64,000 nucleotides of DNA from Anthoceros angustus (taxonomy: Eukaryota; Plantae; Anthocerotophyta). How positions within the stretch are numbered: position 1 is the stretch's first letter; the number at the start of each line of letters is the position of its first letter. The stretch is from positions 433,884-497,883 of the forward strand of contig MU008180.1 of assembly GCA_010909165.1 (NCBI GenBank), written 5' to 3'. A program made the position numbers and the translations under genes. Positions 13,301-23,449 of this stretch are shown piece after piece. A model generated the notes under the pieces. The model had not been told where the DNA came from and did no database searches. It was given only the letters and a program-made list of their open reading frames with translations.

Positions 13301-13415
13301 TCATCACGGGATACACACTGTTGGCAACATCGAAATGTCAGCATATTATACTGCATCAACCGTCTCAGGGGACGGTCTTCTTCAGGATCAGCTTTGCCAT
13401 TCTGACAGGCCTTGA
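10311..13415 (+). CDS. Intronless LRR receptor-like kinase with WAK-like (WAKL15/20-type) RD kinase domain
   Basis: Signal peptide from MSSSIAIL (ATG 10311; ORF is open from 10188). N-cap CAWFGVIC, about 20 plant LRRs (LxxLDLSxNxLxG), C-cap [30 protein letters not shown]. Kinase motifs [35 protein letters not shown]. Confidence 0.93.
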   Translation: [1034 protein letters not shown]

Positions 13416-14447
13416 AATCTTGTGGGCTACACTTGACTCTTCAGTGCTTGTTGGTCTCCATATCGTGAAGAAGGTGACAGACTGCTGTCTATGTTGAGGA
13501 TTTGCATTTCGTAGCTCAAGTCACATCGACTTCTTGGATCATCAGCAGTCCAGCCCCAGGATACTTCATTCCAGAGTTCTAAGATAAAGGGAAGGCGACG
13601 ATAACCAAGCCGTCTTGGCTCTATGCACATACAGCTGCCATCATCCAAATAGCTGCCATCATCCAAGACTAAATTATTCTATATAAAAGGATGGGATCCT
13701 ACTGACACTAACAGCTATCAATCTTCTCCATGTCCCTTGAAAGATCTCAAGTCCATTCAGAGATATGTATATGTGCATCTCATCAAACAATGCTTACCGC
13801 ATAGGGGAGCATACTGTGGGATAGGAAATATGTAGAAGAAACGTCTCAAGTTCATTCAGAGATTCGCAGCTCCTAATGGGAGCCTCCTGACATACACAGC
13901 TCCTAATGGGAGCCTCATTACATACACAGTCCTACATTGGTGCAATGTCTGTTCGAAGCCTAAGCATAGGTGTTGACATTGCTTTTCCTCATGTGTGTCC
14001 ATTTTGGCCTAAGCCATTTGGACACAGACATTTGTAGGAACACCGCTGTTAAGCATCTTCGCTTAGAGCGGCATCGGGTGCCTAGGGGGAGTGGATGCCT
14101 TGGGGCCTTGGTGCAGACTCCTTTCTTCTTCTTCTTCCATCTTCTTCATCTTTAACAGGAACGGTAACTCATTTTCTCGGTAACTACTAGATATGTTGTA
14201 CCTATATATCTATGGAAACCGGAGGGCTGATAAATCCATCCAAGCGACGTCCTGTTCTTCCTTTTTCTCGGGAGGCCGAGATTGCTGAAGCGCCACCGCA
14301 GCCCGGCTCCCTTCTTCGCTTGCAGGTACGATGATTACTGTTGTTCGTCACTGTGCTAGGCTCATGGTCCGCCTGGCAGGTGGCACGGACTGATTCGGGT
14401 GTCTGTATCTCCGCAGGTTGAGGTTTCGCGTGCGAATTCAACCAACC

Positions 14448-15209
14448 ATGTCTGACGGGTATGTCTCATTGCCGCAAAGTTGTTCTACCGTCTCAGATTT
14501 CCTTGACAGCAGTCGGCGGTGGAAGGAAGCTCTACCAACTGGGGTTTGTGGGCTGCTGGACGTGGTGCGCGCAGGGAGCCAGAGGTCGCTGGAGATGTGG
14601 CAGCTGATGTTCCAGGTTCCTCAGGACCTACTCTTGGGGAGCCCATGGATATTCTGACTGCTCTGCAGCTGGTTCTGAAGAAGTCACTCGCTCACGATGG
14701 CCTTGCTCGTGGTGTCCACGAGGCTGCCAAGGCCATCGAGAAGCGTGCCGCACAGCTTTGCCTGCTGGCTGAAGATTGCGATCAGCCGGATTACAGCAAG
14801 CTGGTGCAAGCCTTGTGCTCCGAGCACGACGTCAGCCTAATCTCTGTGCCCAGTGCCAAGAAGCTGGGGGAATGGGCCGGGGTGAGTGCTTTGCGCACAG
14901 TGTGCCGTTTGTTTAGGGTTTTAGGTCTTGGCTAGGGTACACCTTTCCCGGTCATCGTTGCTGCCTATCCTCATCCTGAAAGCTTGGTGCAGCTTTGCAA
15001 GATCGACTCGGAAGGAAAAGCCCGCAAGGTTGTTGGATGTTCGTGTGTTGTGATCAAGGTAGAGGGAACTCAGCCCGTTGCAGAATCATGACTGTGCCCT
15101 AATTCTACAAACCTCTAGTAGCCCTAACTGTATCGTTTGCCTGTTGCAGGATTACGGGGAGGAGACCGAAGGGCTGAACGTAGTTCAGGAATACGTCAAA
15201 GGCCATTGA
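14448..15209 (+). CDS. RPS12: 40S ribosomal protein S12 (eS12)
   Basis: Exons 14448-14458, 14575-14881, 14993-15058, 15150-15209 give MSDGEPEV...[18 protein letters not shown]...[33 protein letters not shown]. Probable 5'UTR intron about 14326-14416. TATA-like CTATATAT at about 14202. Confidence 0.96.
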
Positions 15210-15585
15210 GATGGCTAACTATCGCTTGTTAGAATTGAGTTTCGGCATTTAATCCTGTCGTCCTTCCATGAAGAGTTTTTTTTTGTAGTGAGGGTTGCCC
15301 TCCCATGGAGGGTTTGGTTCTCAAATTTTTCGAATCATCCTTCCCGTTTGGCATACGGATAACGTATCGAGCATCCTGGAAGGCTAGTGTCGTAGAGCCT
15401 GCTTGAAAACCGCAACTCGCAACTCGATTACCACCAGTTGGAATATACCTTGCTTGACCCTCTGAGGATCACGTCCTCTCCGGCCGCTCTGTTCTGAACA
15501 GGGGAAACCAGTGGAAGTTGAGAGCAAACAACGGGGCTATCGCCAGAGTGCTTGCAAGTCGGTTGTGTGATCGAGTCAAGTTGCG

Positions 15586-16090
15586 CTAGGAATTAGGGTC
15601 GAAGATCAGAGTGCAATCCCGTCCGTCTGAGTAGAAGACAGGGAAGAGCTTGTTAGAGGTTGGAAGCAGGCAAAAAGTCGCACGTACGATGGAAGGATGT
15701 CTCACTTGTGACAACGGAGAAGCCATCAAGCTTGAAGTTGGGAGGAGCAATCCTTCTCTTGAGCCAGCATGTGCCCGCGAAGTTCCACTGGAAAGCAACG
15801 CACACAATCCCTGGATTGGCGTAGCAGTAAGCCGCGCACTGGTACACGTTGACGACATTTTGGAAAACAGCGATGTCGTTTCCATTGTTGTCAACGAAAG
15901 GATAGACCACGCACTGTGGTGGGCCTGCACCACTTATCGACGGTCAGACGACCAAAAACATGCAGGAGCCTGACCATCAACTGCTGAGTTACGAGAACCT
16001 ACGGTTACGGCCCTGAGCTGAAACAGAAGGGGCATCTGTTAGCAGCAACAGCAACAGACAACAGAGACCCACAGTGGCTGCCACTCTCAT
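15586..16090 (-). CDS. Small secreted single PAN/apple-domain protein (113 aa)
   Basis: Exons 16090-16009, 15924-15706, 15626-15586 (both introns phase 1, GT-AG). Signal peptide MRVAATVGLCCLLLLLLTDAPSVSA followed by a domain with six Cys, DNNGNDI, CxxxC, CVAFQW and CWLK. Confidence 0.82.
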
Positions 16091-17424
16091 GCGCTTTTCC
16101 ATTCACCCCACACAGGAGAAACACGATTCCCCTGTGCTTCTTTTCTTGGATTCCCCCTGTGCGTCTTTCCTTGCAAGCAGTGTGCCAAAGATAATGAGAC
16201 GAATTTGGAGCTTCACAGCTCCACAAGCAGGCGGCAAAGCAAGCAAGCTTCTAGACCTTCTTTTGAAATTTGAAGTGGCAAATTTTGGTGGCAACGAGGA
16301 CTGCACCATTTTCCCGCATATTATCAGCATCTGGTCTAATGCCATGCTTACCTGACGATTTCCTTGTACTGTCGAGGTACCACATATTTGTCTTGTCTGC
16401 GTGAGCTTCACCACCGACATGGCGTGATTCCGTGAAGGTGCTATAGGTCATCGATGTTACAGGCTTTGGGGCAAACAAGCAAGTCCCAGAATCTGGACAG
16501 CAACCAGAAAAGCCCTGGTGGTTATTGACGGAACGGGATGGCCGTGCCTCGTGTACAGTGTAACAAGTACAGGAAAGAAGGGAGGAGGAAGCTATAAAGA
16601 CGATCTTGCTGGGGAGTCGGACCTCAATGATATCCCGGGTCATGGGATGATAAATATGCGATACACGGGAAACACTGCGATTCCAGATGCAACACGTGGA
16701 CATCAATCCCCATTCATAAATCTGGTACCACACGCCAGCCATTGTAGACCCCATCTACACAAAGTAAACATATAAACAATACCCATATGGGCGTGTGAGC
16801 GTCTCTTCACAGATGCGGTTACAAGCAAGATGGTCATCACAGCACAAGCGTTTGCAACAGTAGTCATTAATAGTATCAGATCCATCATAGCAGCCACAAC
16901 CTATACGAAGTTCAACAGGACACCACAAGTAAGCTAGTGGGTAGCCAGAAACAAATACAGTTTTACTTGGCAGGGCACTCAGTATGGATACAGCCTTAAA
17001 AAAGTCCACGTCTCGTGGGCAAAAAAAAAGGACAGCAATGATCCTGGACCAAGACCACCTCAGGCTTCTTCAACTAAAACGACTTGTGACTGAACTCATC
17101 CCCATCTCGGCCACTGACAAGTCTTCGTATCCACAACTGCTGCGGGACAATTCCTGTTGTCCTTCGTGGCCTCCAAGCCAAGATACCTCAACACTGTTAA
17201 AGAGGCCTAGACTAGACCCAAAATAAGTGTACACTACCTCCCTCGGCGTACACTTGTGCCACGTTGCTGTCTGGAGCTAAGAAACAGGAGAGCGAGCGAT
17301 ACGGCATGGCTCATACTTAGCTGAAATTCCCACTCACTGAACTCGAGCCTTCGCCCATATCCAACACCCAAAGCCTCTCACAGCTAGGTGCACGGGAAAG
17401 AATGGCAAGCACATTAACCCTCAG

Positions 17425-20400
17425 CTACCTGGCCGTGCTTGGAGTGGGTAGGTTGCTGGCTCCGTTCTCATGTGCAGGGCTCCTCATCGACTTCTTGGAA
17501 CCTCCAAACGGTGCAGTAACTGTCCTGCCCACCAGCCTTCCAGCTTTTCCGATGCCACTTCCCACAAGGCTGACTCCACTAGCAGCAAGCTTCCCAGCCC
17601 CTCCAACGGCTCCCCCCACAGCATCCATTGAGCTTCCTATAAGACCATTCTTTTTGTCTCTCTCTTTCTTCTCCAAGAAGGCAGCTTCTTCCTCCATTGC
17701 TCTCTTCTGCTCCTCAGGAGTGTAGGCATGATAGTTGAGCTGAAAAGGCAAGGGCAAAGGCAAAGAAGCAGGTCACTTCACCTATTGCAGCCTTAGACTA
17801 CATACAACCTTCTGCCAGCTGCAGAGATGAGCAAGCAAAGTGATGCCTCACTGTCAAATTAGACCCGAGCCAAGCTACAGCCACTTACTTTTAATGTGAT
17901 GGTACCACGATCCTTCTTGTCCTTCACCATGTTTGTGTCCAGGTTGCGAAGGAGAGGCACCGTGACCTCAGTTAACGTGTCCGGTTTGAGCTTGCCAATG
18001 GGATACGTGGCCTGTCCCAAAAACTTATCCTGCCCCACATCTTCATCCATTATCTGCAGCGTACTCTTATCAACCCGCGGCTCAACCAAAAAAAACGTAG
18101 AATATTTGGCATGCCTGTAGTACATCACGAAAAGGTCGTGAAAAGATCACCTTCAGATATAATATTTGAGTCTCCTGGTCTTCCACATTTAAGTCAAAAG
18201 TTTCATTCCACTCGGGGTTGAGGTTGTTGTCTACGGTCTTTGTCCTCCGCTTGAATAAGACTCGGACATAGGCTACAGCATAGGGATCAGACTTCCCAAC
18301 ATACTCCTGGTTCTTCAGTCCAGTGGCCTTCACTACTGTCACTGTTAAGCAGCCTTGCAGTTTAAGTTCCAAATCACTGCACTCCACAACACCCAAATAC
18401 AGATCCAAATCAGGATCCCTCGTTACTAGAAGGTGGCACATAATACAAATCGAGACGGCAGACAATCCAGGTATCCACATGGATGAGAGCAATGCAAGTA
18501 CCTTATATCAACCGGTTGGCCTCCAATGGGAACTACAATTCGGTGCGGCCACTCAAGCATGTCAGTGACAAGGTCTTCTACCAAATCCTGAAGAGGGCCA
18601 CAAACACCTTTTAGTACCAACTCATATCCAAGTAAAAACTGCCCTTCCATGTTGTGACTCTCACAATGTCTCTCACAAAACTGGCTCGGGACTTCAGACT
18701 TACATCTGCCTAAACTTCTGAGATACTTACACTCAATTTCTCTGACAGCCCAGGAACACCAGTCACACTACCACCAATAAGCTTCAGAGTGTATTTGATC
18801 TCAGGTTTCGGCTGCCCAGGCAGAGAAAATACATCAGAAAATGCAGAGCTCTCGACACTGCAAACAGTGGTGAATCTTGCCCAGCACAAAATAGAGACTG
18901 CCAATCGTTCTCCCACAGCAGGCCCAGTCTGGCTATCAAACTGCAATTACCTGAGATAAAAGGGCAACAACCACAGCAGAAATGCATGGAATGTCCTCTG
19001 AAAGCTTAAAGATAACCCGTGCAGTTGCATAGAACTTCAAGTTTTTAAGCTACACAGGAGCAACAGCACTCGGGGTTACAACCAGAACGAAATGCTACTT
19101 CAAGTCCTGTCACCACAGACAGATCACTACCTGCACGGGCAACTTGGCACCAACATGAGTTTGAATGGCCAAGATGATACTTGGGTCACCACCCCACCGA
19201 AGGTCCATGTCTAAGATGACTTGTCCCGGTTTTAAACTTTGCACTCGAACACCTGGTCCATTCAACAGCAAGTCAAGGGAGAGTGTACAAAAGATTCCAA
19301 GAGACTCATCAGAGCTAAAACTCGAAGTTTTCTGAGTTCTAGGCTCGGATCATTCCCAAAGAAACAGAGAAACAAGAGCAAACCTTCGATCTGAGGTGGA
19401 ACATTGCCAAGAAACAGCTTATCAAACTTGATTGCCTGAAAAAAAGCAGGTCGGTACTGCTCCAAGATAGGTTCCACTGACTCTTTAATCACAGCTGACG
19501 TGGCCTGCACATTCCAAAGATGTTTCCCCAGTTAGAAGAGCTTGGCTGCTCCCAAATGACAGGGCAAATAATCATCTAGCTCATTAGAAGGACTGTATAC
19601 ACATCCTAAGATGCAGCGAAGAAGCACAGATTTATCACCTCGGCAACAAGGGGCCAGATTTTCTCCAGCTGGAAGTTCAGCCATTTCACCTGAAAGTAAA
19701 AAAGAGAACTTGTTAATCACTCACCACAGAAACACTGGCCGAAGTCAAACAAACACACCTAAGCGAGTAACATGGCTAAGAACCTTGTACGGATAACAGG
19801 GAAGTGCAGATACCAAAGGCAAGACACTCACTCGCTCGAATGCAGGAAAGGATATCCACGAGGGCACACTGTCCCCACAGAGTTTCTTCAGGTCATCTTG
19901 AACAATACTTCCGAGCTGACTCAACCCCGCAGCCTACATGACAGAGTACACACACAGATAGATCACGTTAGCGTCCAAACGCTCCAACACTTCCCAAGCT
20001 GAACACGAGGCGAGCGCAAAGATCCCAGACTGAGGGCCTCGAGACGTCAAAAACCAGTTCGATCACCAAACCAAAACGACGCGTCCCCTAACGACGGCAG
20101 GGCCTAACCATGCCCTTCCCCTTACGAACCGCTTGGTATGGCCTCCACACTCAGCCTTAACACCAGATCCATCTCCACCTGCAACCTATACTCCACACCG
20201 CCCGCAAAACCTCAAATCCACTTCGCCGGAACCATAAAAAGACCCCGAGAACGGCAGATGCACGCCGCAATGCATCCAGCCGGCGGCACAAAACGACAAC
20301 CCTCCTGCCACCGACAGAAACTCTAATCCCGAGACTGGTTCCAGCTGCAGCCAGGAAAAGCAAAGCAAAGGCCGAGGGGGCGACGGCAGCCCCACCTTCA

Positions 20401-20500
20401 GCACCCGGGTGACGCTCCGCTTCCTCATGGACCAGGTGTAGAGCGCCATGAGGCCAACTCCCAGCACGAAACCAAAAACCCAGCCCGACACGAGCCCCAT
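17425..20500 (-). CDS. CLB1: Calcium-dependent lipid-binding protein CLB1/SYT7-like (TM-SMP-C2 synaptotagmin family), multi-exon
   Basis: N-terminal anchor MGLVSGWVFGFVLGVGLMA. SMP segments VIKESVEPILEQYRP, DMLEWPHRIVVPIGG. C2 segment LTVTVVKATGLKNQEYVGKSDPY. Gly-rich tail GAVGGAGKLAASGVSLVGSGIGK. Confidence 0.92.
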
Positions 20501-21423
20501 CTCGTCCGCCCCGCGCACTTTTCCCTCGCCTACTCCTTCTCGGCTGGCCCTCAGTCCCCAGCCCCGCCCGCACACGACGAGCCCCAGCCCCAGCCCGAGC
20601 AGCAAAAATTCCCGGGCGACATGCGCAGCCGCATCTCGCTCCCTCAGGCTCGAGATCCACACCCTGCCGCGTTCACCTGCTGCAGCACATTCCACGCTCC
20701 TTCACGCGGCGAGGCAGCCGCAGCGGAACAAGGTCGAGCTAGAGTGCGAGCTGCTCCGGTCCCGAGTGCGCGGCGCACAAGTCTCGCACAGGTGGCGGCA
20801 ACGGCAGGCACGAGGCTCCAGCTCCGCCTCCGGCTCCAGCTCCAGCTCCTGCTCCAGCCCAGGCCCAGGCGTGAAAAGTGGACGCCGTGCAGGAAGCTAG
20901 GCTGGCCACAAAATCTGCTAGTCGTCACGACCGGTGGTGGCGGCCATGTCCAGCTCTCCAGCCCGTCCCCACTTTTCACCGGACAGGTGAAAAAGCCTGA
21001 ACGCGGAATGCCGTTATTGCCGCGGGGCCCCACCGCCAATTAGGCCCCAGGTCATTAAAACTCCCTTCCCGCCGCTCCGACCCCGACGACCTTTTCAACT
21101 GAATCTGCCCCGTTACCCGCCTCCTTCTTCTTCCTTAACGGAACCTTATCCGTCCCGCAACATTTTCACATGTATGCCATACAGTAGGCCCACAGCCTGC
21201 AGCCTGGGCTGGCTACCGGTGCGATCAGCTATTTTTGAGGATGATAATATAAGATTTCACAGGCGCTCGCTCTGCTTTTCCCGCTGTTCGGCGGGCGGAA
21301 CTTCACACGTCGCTGCTGTCTTGTCCAGAACCAAGCAGATATTTCAGCGGAACAAGAAGACGAAAACAAGAACTTAAATATCAAGCATGGCTCTCGCAAG
21401 AGCTGAGCCCAAGCCCTAAGAAC

Positions 21424-21948
21424 ATGGCCACCTTTGCTGAAGGTGGCAAGGGGGATTCCAAGAGCGGAGAAAAAATCTTCAAGACAAAGTGTGCGCAATG
21501 CCATGCAGCAGAGAAAGGGGAGGGTCACAAGCAAGGTTAGCACATTGTGCTTGCTGAGTACTCTGTGTTTTGAGTGTGTGAAGTTCATTGTGGATTTGTG
21601 TTTTGCAGGTCCCAATCTAAGCGGAGTGGTGGGAAGGACTTCTGGGACTGCTGCTGGATATGCATTTTCCAGTGCAAACAAATCCAAGGCTGTGGTTTGG
21701 AATGAAGATCACTTGTATGAATACTTGTTGAACCCTAAAAAGGTAAGTTTGTCAATATCATATTGTGTTCTCTAGATTCTATGCAGATCTTGTAACTGCC
21801 ATTGTTGTTGCCTTGCACATGAGAAGATTTTCTCATTATGGTTTGGCAATTGCAGTACATACCGGGAACAAAGATGGTGTTTGCGGGTTTGAAGAAGCCA
21901 CAGGAACGTGTTGACTTGATTGCATATTTGAAAAGTTGTACCAAATGA
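21424..21948 (+). CDS. CYC: Mitochondrial cytochrome c
   Basis: Exons 21424-21535, 21609-21742, 21856-21948. [13 protein letters not shown] heme motif, [28 protein letters not shown]. Confidence 0.97.
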
Positions 21949-23449
21949 GACGCATTTTGTGATTTGCCTCTAAATGGCATGGAAGGGAGGGAATTGATTT
22001 CATGTTCTCATTTGAGCCAAAGTGGTCATGTTCTGTTTTTCTAATTAAGTTGTGATCAAGAAGCTAGATGATGGGTTACATGTTCATTAAATCTATTTTT
22101 TAATTGCTTAGACCAATATTGTGATCAGAATGTAGGTATCTATTACCTAGTAGTCATTGTTATTCAGACCTAGTAGGTTTATATTTTTCAAGAATAAAAT
22201 CACTAGGTAGTATCTCATTAGGTATACTAAATCACTATGTATCTTACAAAGCACATTATGCTGTAAGTAAGTTTTTAAGTTAAAATTAAATAGATACCTT
22301 TGTAGGTACATTCATTACCTGATGTGTTAAGTAAGTCAACACGAGTAATATGAGGTACTTCAAACTAGTTATGTACATACAAAGATCTTTTGGTGTATAT
22401 ATAGATGTATTATCAGATTTTATTTTTTAAGCATTTCTTTCTTGTTTATTCTTAAGGTCAAATTGAAGCTTGATGTAAATCGAGAACCCACTAAAACTAT
22501 ATCTACATAAAATGTCTTACTTATATAATAAAATTATTTAATTATCTAAATAATCTAATTTTGACCAACAAAGTTGATACCGCAAGAACTATCCCAACAG
22601 TCCTCCCTTTAGGAGTGACATCTAGTCGTGGTCCATTGAAACTCCTCGGTCTAGCACCCTTAAGTTGGATTACTGTTGGGATGGGGTGCTATCCACCTCG
22701 TGCTGTAAAAAAAAACATTTATGGGAGCCACTCGCCTATTGTGAAAAGCTCTACGTGACCGCTTGTTGTAAAAACCCTAAGGGCTACTCTGAATTAAATC
22801 CACAATCAAGTTCACTTAAAAAAACAATTGCAACAAAAAATACATTTAAACTATAGATGTCAAAGAGGGATACAATGTTGCATATTTTCGTTACAACTTT
22901 TATTTGGACGTTAAGGGATTCCTCATTCTGAAAGATGACTCTTTCGCCTCGATGATGTGTTACTTTGATGGAAAGGTAGCAGCATTGAAATCCTTATCTC
23001 CCAGCCCGCTAACTTTAAGAATTCTCATTTTGAAACGATGGTAGATTATGCAAAATGAAAGAACGAAGAACCGCATTATGGCTCATAAAAATGGTTGATA
23101 ATGTAGCATGTATGTAAGTGAAAAATGCCTAGCAATTCATGCATATTATAGGGTCTATTTGCACTAATAGCATGACGCGACGGTAACGCAACGGAAAAAA
23201 TGATTCATGCTAAATATTTTATTTCTTCTTAGATACTTAAGCATCAACAATCCTTTAGTACTTATTGTGGCATGAACCTAGCCAAACAATTCATCCTCCA
23301 TATTTCAATTCTTCCTAGATGTTTAAGCGTCAATATCACTTTAATACTTACTTATTACAACATCTTGTGCCGCCTAGTGGTTGATCCAAGCTGCAACTCC
23401 TCGAGGAGTTGCACACTCCGTTATTCCACCCCATGCTATTTTGTAAATT

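Noticed and set aside
12321-13316. 331-aa antisense ORF over the kinase (also 43756-45231 over ABCC and 62638-63504 over ELIP)
   Set aside because: Shadow ORFs expected from GC-rich codon usage on the opposite strand; no recognisable domains.
16250-17230. Several short ORFs between the apple-domain gene and CLB1
   Set aside because: No recognisable motifs or consistent splice model; likely UTR or promoter.
23160-23200. Possible Helitron 3' end on the minus strand
   Set aside because: Ends TTAG rather than CTRR and the hairpin is unconvincing.
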